This document shows, in pieces, positions 47,406 through 58,427 of a DNA stretch of 62,618 nucleotides (its first letter is position 1; every line of letters begins with the position of its first letter). The notes below the pieces were generated by a model. The model did no database searches, was not told where the DNA came from, and was given only the letters and a program-made list of their open reading frames with translations. Where the stretch lies: positions 1 through 62,618 of the forward strand of contig CAKOYE010000002.1 in NCBI GenBank assembly GCA_934130485.1. The letters run 5' to 3'. The DNA is from an uncultured Bacilli bacterium (GTDB lineage: Bacteria; Bacillota_I; Bacilli_A; RF39; UBA660). The position numbers and the translations under genes were made by a program.

Positions 47406-49910
47406 TTATTTATTTTTAGTTTTAAAAAATACATTTGCAAATTTTAAACTGAAATTTCTTAAATATATATTCTTTAAAGTAATTTTTTTTAAATACTTAT
47501 TTTTTTTGTAATTCGGAAAATTTTCACTAACTTTAGAAATTGCTAAGTTAACTCCTCTTTCAAATTCATCATTATCATTCATTTTAGATAAACTCTTAAC
47601 AAAAGTTGCAAATAAATATCTGGTACAAGAATATTCAAGTTCATCTCTATATTCATCAAACAGATTATTTGATTTATAATAATCGATAATTGAATTCCAA
47701 TCAGTTATATAATCATATACTCTTTTATCAAATGTTTTTGTAATTGCGCCTTCTCTTTGAACATAATTAATTAGCGCTTCATTAACTACACCAACACTTT
47801 TAATACTTGGTATTAAACGATATATAAATTCAACATCTTCAAACCAAATTCCTTTTTTAAATCTTATTCCATTATCAAACAAACTTTTTTTATAAATTTT
47901 ATTCCATACAGCTGGATAAAAATCTACCATCATTTTTTTTATGTCTTCCTTTTTAAATAAATCTTCATTTATTTTAGAAGAACAAAATTTCTTTTTTGTT
48001 TCATAATCATATAGTGTATCGCAAACTACAACATCAAAATTTTTGCTCACTGCTTTCTTATATAGTTTCTCATACATATCATAATTTACATAATCATCAC
48101 TATCTAAAAAAGCTATATATTCACCACTACATTTTTCAATTCCAAAGTTTCTGGCATCACTTAATCCACCATTTTCTTTAACATAACTTTTTATTAAGTT
48201 TGGATATTTAGTTTCGTATTTTTCAATAATTTTACTACTATTATCAGGGCTTCCATCATTTACTACAATAATTTCAATGTTTTTTAAAGTTTGATTTACC
48301 AAACTATTTAAACATTTATCTATATATTTTTCTACATTATAAACAGGAACTACAACACTTACTGCAATATTATCACATTTATTCAAATAAACCACATCCC
48401 AATCTTTTTTTGCATTCATATTATAAAGTAATTGACCACATATAAAACTTAGAAAAATATTTACACCAAAGAAATCAAATATATTACCACCTATAATTGC
48501 AATAGAAACTAATATTCCAATTGTCAATATATAGGTTACATTTTCTAGAGTTAATTTTTCTTTTAAATTAGTTAAAACTTTTATAATTGAATAAATTAAA
48601 ATAGCGTAATAAGGAATAATAAATAAGATTAATCCAAATATTCCTAAAGTATAAAAATGATATACAAAATCTCTTTCTAAGACAACACCATCATTAAAAT
48701 TTTGTGAATATCCATATCCTAAAATCATATCTAATTTGTTATTATTATGTTCATATATATGTTTATATAAATATAATTCAAAATCACGAGTATTATTTTG
48801 ATTTTTATATGATTCTTCAAAATAATTCATCCAAAATATTAAATAATCTTCATATAAATATTTATCAGGTGCTAAATCATCATTAATGGAAAAATATTTA
48901 TAATTTTCTTTAATAAATTTATTTATTTCTTCTTCCTCTTCTTTTGATACTCCTTTTTCAATTTTTTCTCTGTAATTATTAACTACAGTTAAAAGTTTAT
49001 TTTCGGTAGCATAATTAGCCTCACTTTCTGAGGTTTTTCTATCAGAAGAAAACATTATAGGTGCATTAATAAAAAATGGTATTAATAAAATTATTAATAA
49101 GATATTCAAAGTTAATGTCTTTGTGTTATCTATTTTAAGTTTAAATAAACTAGATAAAACTAGGTAAATAATTAACATAACAACTAATATAATTATTGTC
49201 ATATATGAAGAAATTCTAGTTCCAACTATTAACATAGAAATAAGAAATAAATAAATTATTAAAAATTTCTTTAAATTACTTTTTTTATAAAAACTATATA
49301 AAAGTATTGGTAAAATAAGACACATTAATCCTGATAATGGATTAGCATACCCAAATAATCCTTTAGTTGCTAGGTTATAGTAACCATTATCTATTTTAGA
49401 TAAGAACATCCAATCAAAAAAATTACCGTTTATAGATTGTGTTTGTGAATAACTAGGATACGAGATACCTAATAAGTTTGTAACAGTGATTATACTAGAT
49501 ATTATAAGTGCAACAATAAAAAATAATTTGCTTATTTTATTAAATTCAACTTTATAATTGTAACTAAACAAAATAAACATCATAGGTATTGCTAATCTGA
49601 TTAAATAAATAACTTCACTTGGTATAGAATATTTTCCCAAAATATTTATATAATTGTTATTAGCGTTTATTAAATGTAAGATAGAATATATAAAGAATAA
49701 AACAAAATATATGATTGGTAATTTAAGTCTTTTTTTGTTAAAAATAAATAACAAAAATAATATAGCAAAAAATATAAGTCTAATTATAGTTGGAATTGTA
49801 ACACCTAAAATTTCATAATCATAAAATACTTTTATATCAAGTATTGGCTGAATTAATAAAAATATAAATGTTAACTTTATAATGAAATCATTTGTTACTA
49901 CTTTTTTCAT
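47406..49910 (-). CDS. Fusion protein: polytopic O-antigen polymerase/ligase-like membrane domain plus C-terminal GT2 glycosyltransferase
   Basis: 834 aa with ~12 TM segments in the first 500 aa. The following domain is VSVVVPVYNVEKYIDKCLNSLVNQT..IIVVNDGSPDNS...FLDSDD. Confidence 0.7.
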   Translation of the reverse strand: MKKVVTNDFIIKLTFIFLLIQPILDIKVFYDYEILGVTIPTIIRLIFFAILFLLFIFNKKRLKLPIIYFVLFFIYSILHLINANNNYINILGKYSIPSEVIYLIRLAIPMMFILFSYNYKVEFNKISKLFFIVALIISSIITVTNLLGISYPSYSQTQSINGNFFDWMFLSKIDNGYYNLATKGLFGYANPLSGLMCLILPILLYSFYKKSNLKKFLIIYLFLISMLIVGTRISSYMTIIILVVMLIIYLVLSSLFKLKIDNTKTLTLNILLIILLIPFFINAPIMFSSDRKTSESEANYATENKLLTVVNNYREKIEKGVSKEEEEEINKFIKENYKYFSINDDLAPDKYLYEDYLIFWMNYFEESYKNQNNTRDFELYLYKHIYEHNNNKLDMILGYGYSQNFNDGVVLERDFVYHFYTLGIFGLILFIIPYYAILIYSIIKVLTNLKEKLTLENVTYILTIGILVSIAIIGGNIFDFFGVNIFLSFICGQLLYNMNAKKDWDVVYLNKCDNIAVSVVVPVYNVEKYIDKCLNSLVNQTLKNIEIIVVNDGSPDNSSKIIEKYETKYPNLIKSYVKENGGLSDARNFGIEKCSGEYIAFLDSDDYVNYDMYEKLYKKAVSKNFDVVVCDTLYDYETKKKFCSSKINEDLFKKEDIKKMMVDFYPAVWNKIYKKSLFDNGIRFKKGIWFEDVEFIYRLIPSIKSVGVVNEALINYVQREGAITKTFDKRVYDYITDWNSIIDYYKSNNLFDEYRDELEYSCTRYLFATFVKSLSKMNDNDEFERGVNLAISKVSENFPNYKKNKYLKKITLKNIYLRNFSLKFANVFFKTKNK

Positions 49911-49917
49911 AAATCAC

Positions 49918-51081
49918 CTAATCTAATATTTGTTTAATTTTATTTAATTGCTCATTATTATCATAAAAATAATTAGTTAAATTATTCTTATATTTTTTTA
50001 ATATTTCCTTATTTTCAATTATTTTTTTTAAACCTGAATATAATCCATCTAAACTATTTTCAACTATTAATCCATTATAATCGTTTGAAATTAATTTATC
50101 TGTAGCTGAATTTAACGTAGCAAGAACAGGAACACCTAAGGTAAGTGATTCTACTATAACAAGACCAAATGGTTCATAAATAGATGATAAAATGAATAAA
50201 TCAGAATTTTTTATGTATTTGTAAGGATTCATTACACTACCCATTAAAAATATATCATTTGTTAATTCTAAGTCAGAAATTTTTTGATTTAATGTTTCAA
50301 AAAGAGGTCCATCACCATATATTCTTAACTTAACATTATCAAATATTCCATCACTTTTAAGTTTGTAAATTGTGTCAATTAGTCTATCATAACCCTTCAT
50401 TTCATGAAGTCTTCCAACAGAAACAAGGTTTAATTCATTGCTATTTAGTAAAACGTTACTTTCTTCTTTTGATAATTCAATTATTTTTTCTCCGTTAACA
50501 ACATTATAAATAACAATCACTTTATCATCTAAGTGATATATGTCATTAAAGCATTTTTTTACATTATCTGATACTGCAACAATTTTATCAAATGTAGGTA
50601 AAATTCTCTTGAATAATTTATCATATTTTCCATTAGGATTTGTCTTTTTATATTCATAATGTAACCAGTGAATTTTTCTTTTACTATCACCAAAAGCGGT
50701 AAATAAGGCAGTAAATCCATCTTTAAAAGCTATTTCAACATCATATTTTTTTGTTAATATTTTTTTTCTTTCTTTTTTTATGACATTTTCAATATGACCT
50801 GTTTTCATATCTAATACTACCTTGATTTTCTTTAATAACAATTTTATACTTTTTTTCTTTATTATTTCCTTCATAGTATAATCAATTGCTTCAAAATAAG
50901 AAGAACCATAAATAATATTAATACCACTAGGTAGATTTTTAAACATTTCGCCATTATTATGTAAAACTAATAGATCGATATTATAATTGCTAATATCCAT
51001 TAATGAAATAATAGTTTCAAATAAAACTGATACTCCACCCATTCTTTTTTCATCAACAACAAATAAAATATTTTTTTTCAC
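49918..51081 (-). CDS. GT4-family glycosyltransferase
   Basis: 387 aa, with SIYEPFGLVIVESLTLGVPVLA (the EX7E region). Confidence 0.75.
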   Translation of the reverse strand: MKKNILFVVDEKRMGGVSVLFETIISLMDISNYNIDLLVLHNNGEMFKNLPSGINIIYGSSYFEAIDYTMKEIIKKKSIKLLLKKIKVVLDMKTGHIENVIKKERKKILTKKYDVEIAFKDGFTALFTAFGDSKRKIHWLHYEYKKTNPNGKYDKLFKRILPTFDKIVAVSDNVKKCFNDIYHLDDKVIVIYNVVNGEKIIELSKEESNVLLNSNELNLVSVGRLHEMKGYDRLIDTIYKLKSDGIFDNVKLRIYGDGPLFETLNQKISDLELTNDIFLMGSVMNPYKYIKNSDLFILSSIYEPFGLVIVESLTLGVPVLATLNSATDKLISNDYNGLIVENSLDGLYSGLKKIIENKEILKKYKNNLTNYFYDNNEQLNKIKQILD

Positions 51082-51088
51082 TATATCA

Positions 51089-52045
51089 CTATCCTTTTAA
51101 AATAAGTTTTAAAATATTATATTTTTTCTTATAAAATAAACTGCACACTATTTTATGTTTTAAATCTTTCTTCTTATAATAAATATTACCTTTCCATTTT
51201 GGAAATTCATCACGCATTATTTTAACAATCTTAGAAAGTTCATCATACTTTTCAAATTTAAAAAACCTTAATGAAGCAGCGTGAAGTAAATGTTCTATGT
51301 AAATATATTCAAGTTCGTTATAATATTTTTTATATGCCTTGTTCTTTTTAAAAATGTTACTAAGATACTCAAGAGAATCAAATATATCTTCTAATGATTT
51401 ATTGTAAGTAACCTGCTTCATTGTTGAACCATTTCTAATTAAATAATAATATAAATTTTCATTCAAATAAGATATATTTCTTGTAAATAGACAAAGAGAT
51501 GGAATTACTGCAATATCTTCATAAAAATGATGTTCTAAAAAGTATAAATTATTATCAACAATTATACTTCTTTTTATTAGTTGTCCCCAACAAGCTCCCT
51601 CGCAAGATACAATATAATTCTTTTTTAAGTCTTTTGAATAATTACCAAAAAGTTGATAAGGTAATATTTTGTCATTTTGAACACTATAGGCATTGCAAAT
51701 GACAATATCTGAATTAGTATTAATAGCTCTATTATATAATTTTTCTACAATCGTTTTATCAACCCAGTCATCTGAATCAACAAACAAAATGTATTCACCA
51801 TTAGCCTTACTTAAACCAAGATTTCTAGCACTTGCTTGTCCACCATTTTCCTTCTTTAAACTTTTTATTAAATCAGGATATTTTTTAGCGTACTCCTCAA
51901 TAATTAAATCACTATTATCAGGACTTCCGTCATTAATAACTAAAATTTCATAGTTATCAAACGTTTGATTTACTAAACTATCTAAACATTTTCTTAGATA
52001 TTCTTGTACATTCCAAACAGGAACAATAATACTTACATCTTTCAT
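51089..52045 (-). CDS. GT2-family glycosyltransferase
   Basis: 318 aa, with VSIIVPVWNVQEYLRKCLDSLVNQT...VINDGSPDNS...FVDSDD. Confidence 0.8.
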   Translation of the reverse strand: MKDVSIIVPVWNVQEYLRKCLDSLVNQTFDNYEILVINDGSPDNSDLIIEEYAKKYPDLIKSLKKENGGQASARNLGLSKANGEYILFVDSDDWVDKTIVEKLYNRAINTNSDIVICNAYSVQNDKILPYQLFGNYSKDLKKNYIVSCEGACWGQLIKRSIIVDNNLYFLEHHFYEDIAVIPSLCLFTRNISYLNENLYYYLIRNGSTMKQVTYNKSLEDIFDSLEYLSNIFKKNKAYKKYYNELEYIYIEHLLHAASLRFFKFEKYDELSKIVKIMRDEFPKWKGNIYYKKKDLKHKIVCSLFYKKKYNILKLILKG

Positions 52046-53547
52046 AATTTGATTTTTCCTTTCAATTTAACTGGAATAATTCTATTTAAAAAATCCAATT
52101 TTTTGATTAATTTATAATATATAAATGTTATTAGTAAATTGCAAACAAATATAATACCACTAAATATTACCCAATTAAATAAATTGCTTACAATTAAAAT
52201 ATTTTTAGCAAAATATACTAAACATAAATTTATGATAATTATTATAAAATATATAAAACAATCCTTATAGTATATAGATATTTTATTTTTAAATACATTT
52301 TTGTTTATAATGCTAGGTTTTAATATATATTCACTTACAACATAAGCAATAGAAGTTGCTAAAATAACTCCTGTTATTCCTAAATATTTAATTAGTATTA
52401 ATGATAAAACTAAATTTATAGAAACTTCAATATAAACACAAATTATAGTTTCTTTAAATAAACCTGCAGCATTAACAAAAATATTAAATATAGTTCTAAT
52501 AATATTATAAAAAACTAAAAATATAAATAATAAACAAGTAAAATTATTAACTACATAACTACTACCATAAAAAATTGATACAAACGACGAAATCGCATAA
52601 TAAAGTGGAACACAAATTATAGTAGCCAGAAAAAATACAAAAGAGTTATACTCTAGAAATTTATCATAAGCTTTTTCAGGCTCTGTTGCAAGCAAATTAC
52701 CAATTCCTGACGATGTTGCCGTAGATAATTTAGAAAATATCGTTACTAGAGTATTTATTATATACATATAAGAAGTATATGTTACTACTTGCGCTAAACC
52801 AATATATTTAGAAATTATAACAACATCTATATTATTAGCTACAAGGGTTCCTACTTTGTGAGGTATCAACTCTTTAGTTTTTTGCCAAAAGCATAAATCT
52901 TTCTTTACATTTAATTTTAAATCTGGATGTTTTTTTCTAGATATTTTAACTATTATAATATTTTGAATAATAGATGCTACTACTCCTAATATTAATATTG
53001 ATAAAATATTTTTAAATACTGTTATAAATACTAATTCTAATATTGTTTTAATTAATAATAAAACTTGGGTATATTTAATATATTGATATTTATTTTGTTC
53101 AGCATCAAATAAGATTGTATGACTTGCGACAAAATAAGTTATGATATTGGAAATAACCATTAAAAAGAAACAAATTTGAATAAAAATCAAAGATAAATTA
53201 GTTTCCTTTATAAAAAATCCAATACCTAATGTAAGTATAATACCAACAATAAACATTATAACTGTAATAATATTAAAAACATATTTTGCTCCACTTAAGA
53301 TACCATTTATTTTATCATTGTCTTTTTTTGCAATTGGCAAGTATAAACTATAACAAACTGCACTTGTAAGACCAAAGTCAACAAATGTTATATAAGCAAT
53401 TAGTTGACCAAATAATTGATATACACCTAAAACATCTTCTCCCATATTGCTTAAAATAAGCTTAAACCTAAAAAAACCTAATAATGAAATAATAAGTTGT
53501 GGTAAAGCATCATAAATAAAATTAAGGATTGCTTTTTTAGTTCTCAT
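52042..53547 (-). CDS. Wzx-like polysaccharide flippase (MOP superfamily)
   Basis: 501 aa with ~14 TM segments. Its position is typical of a polysaccharide locus. A 4-nt overlap links it to the downstream GT2 gene. Confidence 0.65.
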   Translation of the reverse strand: MRTKKAILNFIYDALPQLIISLLGFFRFKLILSNMGEDVLGVYQLFGQLIAYITFVDFGLTSAVCYSLYLPIAKKDNDKINGILSGAKYVFNIITVIMFIVGIILTLGIGFFIKETNLSLIFIQICFFLMVISNIITYFVASHTILFDAEQNKYQYIKYTQVLLLIKTILELVFITVFKNILSILILGVVASIIQNIIIVKISRKKHPDLKLNVKKDLCFWQKTKELIPHKVGTLVANNIDVVIISKYIGLAQVVTYTSYMYIINTLVTIFSKLSTATSSGIGNLLATEPEKAYDKFLEYNSFVFFLATIICVPLYYAISSFVSIFYGSSYVVNNFTCLLFIFLVFYNIIRTIFNIFVNAAGLFKETIICVYIEVSINLVLSLILIKYLGITGVILATSIAYVVSEYILKPSIINKNVFKNKISIYYKDCFIYFIIIIINLCLVYFAKNILIVSNLFNWVIFSGIIFVCNLLITFIYYKLIKKLDFLNRIIPVKLKGKIKL

Positions 53548-53633
53548 TTAAACACCTCATCATCAAAAATCATTATATCAAAAATATATAAAAAAAAGAA
53601 GAAAAAATCCTCTTTTCACATAATTAGTGTAAA

Positions 53634-54905
53634 CTATTTATTTAAAATGGTTTTTAAATAATTTACAGAAGAATCACTTAAAAGTGTAAATCTTGGAATT
53701 CTATATTTATCTGCTCCTACTGTCATTTTATATTGTCCACCAGCATATTCACCAGCAAACGCCATAGTATATCCAGCCTCTTTTAAAACGCTTATTGCAT
53801 AGTCATTATATTCATAAAATGGATAACAGAAAACTGTAGAATTTAAAGTTTTCTCACTACTAGTTTTTAAGTCTGCTAATAAAACACTTTTATCTAAACA
53901 TTTTATTCCCCCGCCTTGACCACCAGGACAAACCCCTTGTTTATGCAAATTATCTCCGTGAGAATGAACCTCAACATAATCTGTAACTAGAGGTTTAGGA
54001 TCATATATTGAAGTAATAACAAAAATAGTAGCGTTCATTTTATTGTTAGTGAATATATCTCTTGCATTTCCAGAATACCATCCATCATCAACTGTTATCA
54101 TAACGCTTTTAGGTAATTGCAATTTGCCATCAATATACATTTCAAATTCCTTCATAGTTGGTGTAAAATAATTTTCACTTTTCAAATAATCAATATGACT
54201 TTGAATTTGAGTTGTTGAATTACATATTATTTGGTCACAAGGATCTACTCCTTCAGTATAAACAAAATGATAAACGAGTGTTGGAATTCCATCAATATTT
54301 GTTTTATCGGTATTATGGTTATAGGTAATAGAATCAATTTCACTTTTTAAAACATAGAATAAAGCATCTTGATATTCAACATATATTTTATCATCATCTT
54401 TAATAATAATTGGTAGGCTTAAAGATTCTGGTAATTCATAAACAAGACTATCATCTTTATATAATTTTGTTACATCCTTAGTAATAACATTTTCATTAAA
54501 TGGAATATAATTTTTATATCGTTCTTCTTTTTCTCCCTTTGTAGAAAGCTCATCTATAGGAGTTACTGTATTAAATAAAACATAATAATCAGAATCAAAG
54601 TTATTTATTTTAAAATATTCACTATTTTCATCTATTTCTATATCATCTAAAATTAGTTCTACATTACCTAATTTACCAACACTTTTATATTCATCATTTT
54701 CTAGCACATATAAATCTGTTTCTGATATAGTTTTTACATACTTATTATAATGACTTTTAATATTTGAAATTTTTTCCTCTTTTAATTGTTCATTTTCTAT
54801 TTCCTTATTTATTTCATTATTTTTATAATTAAAAATTATCAAAATTAAACAAATAATACTTATTAGTGAAATTATAACAATTTTTATTCCATCATTTTTT
54901 TCCAC
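53634..54905 (-). CDS. Membrane-anchored polysaccharide deacetylase (NodB-homology) protein
   Basis: 423 aa with an N-terminal TM. It carries the NodB-like motifs MITVDDGW and VHSHGDNLH. Confidence 0.65.
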   Translation of the reverse strand: MEKNDGIKIVIISLISIICLILIIFNYKNNEINKEIENEQLKEEKISNIKSHYNKYVKTISETDLYVLENDEYKSVGKLGNVELILDDIEIDENSEYFKINNFDSDYYVLFNTVTPIDELSTKGEKEERYKNYIPFNENVITKDVTKLYKDDSLVYELPESLSLPIIIKDDDKIYVEYQDALFYVLKSEIDSITYNHNTDKTNIDGIPTLVYHFVYTEGVDPCDQIICNSTTQIQSHIDYLKSENYFTPTMKEFEMYIDGKLQLPKSVMITVDDGWYSGNARDIFTNNKMNATIFVITSIYDPKPLVTDYVEVHSHGDNLHKQGVCPGGQGGGIKCLDKSVLLADLKTSSEKTLNSTVFCYPFYEYNDYAISVLKEAGYTMAFAGEYAGGQYKMTVGADKYRIPRFTLLSDSSVNYLKTILNK

Positions 54906-55059
54906 TTTATCGCCCCTAATATATCATATAATATATTATCAAATATTTTATGAAAAAATTCAAGATAAAATATTATTTTTGTTGTCAAATTTCGATATTT
55001 TTTATATAATGAAATAAAGTTATTTATTATTTGGGAGGGAAATTTAATAATATTTAATT

Positions 55060-55200
55060 AGCGCCAGGGCCTATTGGTCGACGAGGATAGCAGTTATCGA
55101 TTATTCGGCGGATGCTGTTACGGAAGTGTAACCGTTAGATATAAACAAAAAGTAAAATCAATATTACAACAAATTTTATATCACACACAAAAAACATATA
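55060..55200 (+). ncRNA. glmS ribozyme/riboswitch
   Basis: AGCGCCAGGGC...GTCGACGAGGATAGCAGTTATCGATTATTCGGCGGATGCTGTTACGG matches the conserved glmS core blocks AGCGCCAG, GACGAGGA, GUUAUCGA and UUCGGCGGAUGC. It lies directly upstream of glmS. The 3' limit is approximate. Confidence 0.85.
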
Positions 55201-55217
55201 TATAGGAGGATTTTTTT

Positions 55218-57056
55218 ATGTGTGGAATTGTTGGGTACGTAGGAAAAAATAAAAAAGCCCAAGAAGTTTTATTAAATGGTTTAAAATCATTAGAATATAG
55301 AGGATATGATTCAGCTGGAATCGCATTCGTTAAAGATAATGATTTAGTTATTACTAAAGAAAAGGGAAAAATTGCTAATCTAGAAAAATTAATTGAATTT
55401 ACTGATTCAAATTTAGGTATCGGACATACTAGATGGGCTACTCACGGAGTTGCTAATAGGACAAATAGTCATCCTCATAAACAAGGAAAAATTACTATTG
55501 TTCATAATGGTATTATTGAAAACTATGCTGAACTAAAAGAAAAATTAATAAATGAGGGTGTTAAATTTAATTCAACAACTGATACAGAAGTAGCTGCTGC
55601 ATTATTAAATAAAATTTATAATGAAACAAATGATATGAATAAAACTATTGTTGAATTTGAAAAACAAGTAAAAGGTGCTTATGCATTAGGAATTATTTGT
55701 GATGATGATTACGAAACATTATATACAGCAAGAATGGATAGTCCTTTAATTATTGCCTTAGGTGATAACGAAAATTATATCGCATCAGATGTTCCTGCTG
55801 TTATTGAATATACAAATAAATATATGGAACTAAATAATGGCGACTTTGCAAAAATAACTGCAGATAAAGTTGAATGTTTTAACAAAAATGGAGAAAAAAT
55901 AGAAAAAGAAAAACATACATTTCCTAAAAAGGATTATGCTATAGGTAAAAATGGGTATGATCATATTATGCTAAAAGAAATTCACGAACAACCTGATGTA
56001 GTAAGAAATACTATTTCACCATATTTTGAAAATGGTATTGACTCACTTTTAGAAAAAATGCCTGATTTTTCAAATTACAACAAAATAGTAATTGTAGCTT
56101 GTGGTAGTGCAATGCACGCAGGATTAGTTGGAAAAAATATGATTGAAGAATTTGCAGACATTCCTGTTGAGGTTAAAATTGCCAGTGAATTTAGATATGA
56201 TGAAAAAGTTTTTATTGACAACAAAACATTAGTTATTGGTGTATCACAATCAGGTGAAACAGCTGATACTAAAAAAGCAATTGAAAGAGCAAAAAATGAG
56301 GGTGCAGATACCCTTGGAATAATAAGTAAAGAAGGTAGTACTATAGCAAGAAATGTAGATTTCTTATTATATACAAACTCAGGACTTGAAATTGCAGTTG
56401 CTACTACAAAAGCATATTCAGCACAAATTGCCCTACTTTCTTTAATCGCATTAAACATTGCTAATCATAAAAATAATATTTCTAATGAAGAAATTAAAAA
56501 TGTACTTAAATCAATAAAAGAATTACCTGTTCAAATTGATAAATTATTAAATCAACAATATTGTGAGCAATATAAAGAAATAGCTGAAACACTTTATGAT
56601 AAAAATGATATATTCTTTATAGGACGTGGAATTGATTATGCATTATGTATGGAAGGATCTTTAAAATTAAAAGAAATTTCTTATATTCATAGTGAAGCTT
56701 ATGCTGCTGGCGAATTAAAACACGGTACTATTTCTTTAATAGAACCTGGAACACCTGTTATAGGAGTTATTACAGACGAAAGAAGAGCGGATAAAACTTT
56801 AAGTAACATCGAAGAAACTGGTTCAAGAGGTTCAGATAATTATATGATTATTACTGATGAGTTAGATAATATTTATAGTAAATCAAATGAAAATTATAAT
56901 AAATATAAGAAAATAGTAATTCCAAAAACTCATAAATTATTTCAACCATTATTAACTGTTGTACCACTTCAAATGATTGCTTATGAAACTGCAAAATTAA
57001 AGGGTGAAGAAATAGATACACCTAGAAATTTAGCAAAAGCTGTTACAGTTGAATAA
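55218..57056 (+). CDS. glmS: Glutamine--fructose-6-phosphate aminotransferase
   Basis: 612 aa. It starts MCGIVGYVG (catalytic Cys2), has two SIS domains (GVSQSGETADT), and ends KAVTVE. Confidence 0.95.
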   Translation: MCGIVGYVGKNKKAQEVLLNGLKSLEYRGYDSAGIAFVKDNDLVITKEKGKIANLEKLIEFTDSNLGIGHTRWATHGVANRTNSHPHKQGKITIVHNGIIENYAELKEKLINEGVKFNSTTDTEVAAALLNKIYNETNDMNKTIVEFEKQVKGAYALGIICDDDYETLYTARMDSPLIIALGDNENYIASDVPAVIEYTNKYMELNNGDFAKITADKVECFNKNGEKIEKEKHTFPKKDYAIGKNGYDHIMLKEIHEQPDVVRNTISPYFENGIDSLLEKMPDFSNYNKIVIVACGSAMHAGLVGKNMIEEFADIPVEVKIASEFRYDEKVFIDNKTLVIGVSQSGETADTKKAIERAKNEGADTLGIISKEGSTIARNVDFLLYTNSGLEIAVATTKAYSAQIALLSLIALNIANHKNNISNEEIKNVLKSIKELPVQIDKLLNQQYCEQYKEIAETLYDKNDIFFIGRGIDYALCMEGSLKLKEISYIHSEAYAAGELKHGTISLIEPGTPVIGVITDERRADKTLSNIEETGSRGSDNYMIITDELDNIYSKSNENYNKYKKIVIPKTHKLFQPLLTVVPLQMIAYETAKLKGEEIDTPRNLAKAVTVE

Positions 57057-57063
57057 AAAATAA

Positions 57064-57090
57064 AAAAGGCATATTATGTCTTTTTTATTT
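57064..57090 (+). terminator. Probable terminator after glmS
   Basis: AAAAGGCAT-att-ATGTCTTTT forms a stem with one G-U pair, followed by a T-rich run. Confidence 0.35.
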
Positions 57091-57726
57091 GCAATATAAA
57101 AAAATTAGAAAAAAATGAAATAATGAACCAGCTAAACAAAAGAAATGAAAAACAGAATGCATATATTTTTTTGTCGCACCAATTTTATATAAAAAAGCTC
57201 CTATGGAATATAAAATTCCACCACCAAATAAAAAGATAATTCCTTTAATATCTAATATAATTAATATTTTTTTTAATAATAAAACAACCGACCAACCAAT
57301 CAATAAGTGTAAAAATAAAGAAAACATTTGATATTTATCTACATTTACAATATTTAGAATTATACCAATAATAGTTATAAGCCAAATTATAACAAAATAT
57401 ATAAATCCTTCTACTCCACCAATTAATAATAAACATATAGGGGTAAAAGTGCCTGCTTCTAGTAAAAAAACATTACAATGATCAATTACTCTAAAAAATT
57501 TTTTTAATTTTAAATAAGGTGGAATAGCGTGATAAACACAAGATATTAAATATAGAAGTATTAATGACATACCATAAATAAAATATGATGTGAATGTAAT
57601 CTTATTTTGAACGTTTATTAACATAATAATTAATCCTACTATAGAGAGTATGCCTCCAACTCCGTGAGATATTGAGTTAATCATTTCTTCTGAAAAGGAA
57701 TAATTGGGAATTTTAACTTTATTCAT
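57085..57726 (-). CDS. Hemolysin III / PAQR-family membrane protein
   Basis: 213 aa with 7 TM segments. It has the N-terminal motif EEMINSISHGVG and the C-terminal motif HSVFHFF. Confidence 0.8.
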   Translation of the reverse strand: MNKVKIPNYSFSEEMINSISHGVGGILSIVGLIIMLINVQNKITFTSYFIYGMSLILLYLISCVYHAIPPYLKLKKFFRVIDHCNVFLLEAGTFTPICLLLIGGVEGFIYFVIIWLITIIGIILNIVNVDKYQMFSLFLHLLIGWSVVLLLKKILIILDIKGIIFLFGGGILYSIGAFLYKIGATKKYMHSVFHFFCLAGSLFHFFLIFLYCK

Positions 57727-57805
57727 ATAGTCACCAACTTTCTAATGTGATTATATGAAATAATTTAATTATTATTAAAAAAAATAGTTATCTAATAACC
57801 ATTTA

Positions 57806-58276
57806 TTAATATTCGAATATATTTATAAAATTGCTAACTATATCATCAGTTATATATTTTTTATTTTGATTTCTTGTATCTTTTACACAAATAAAGGAAA
57901 AATCATAATAAACACCATTATCTTTATCATAAATGCAATAAAAAACTTTATTATCTTCACCACTCAAATTATTTTTATCTATTCTATTTATTTTTCCAGT
58001 AATACCTATTCCATAATTACTATTAGCATATAAAGAAATATTGTAAGCCATTTCTCGTGCTACTTCTTTACTATATACAGAATACTTATCAATTATCTCA
58101 CTACTAACTCCCATTTTTATTTTATATTCATTTGAATATGTAATAGCGCTAAATTTTAAAACGTCACTAGCGCCCTCTATATCAGTTATAGAACTTGCTA
58201 CATATCCACCAGTACAAGATTCCATAGTTGCTACTGTTTTATTTAATAATTTTAATTTGCTTACTACATTGTTCAT
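57806..58276 (-). CDS. CinA C-terminal domain / nicotinamide-nucleotide amidohydrolase (PncC-like)
   Basis: 156 aa, with TVATMESCTGGYVASSITDIEGAS. Confidence 0.75.
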   Translation of the reverse strand: MNNVVSKLKLLNKTVATMESCTGGYVASSITDIEGASDVLKFSAITYSNEYKIKMGVSSEIIDKYSVYSKEVAREMAYNISLYANSNYGIGITGKINRIDKNNLSGEDNKVFYCIYDKDNGVYYDFSFICVKDTRNQNKKYITDDIVSNFINIFEY

Positions 58277-58427
58277 ATATTATTCACCTTTTCCCATAAT
58301 TTACAAAAATATATCTACACTTTTAAATGTTTTTAATTTCTATATTATTTTTTATATTTTATATTTTAATATTTAAACATTATATTCATTTTTTATTAAT
58401 AATAATTAAATTATAATATCATATTTT

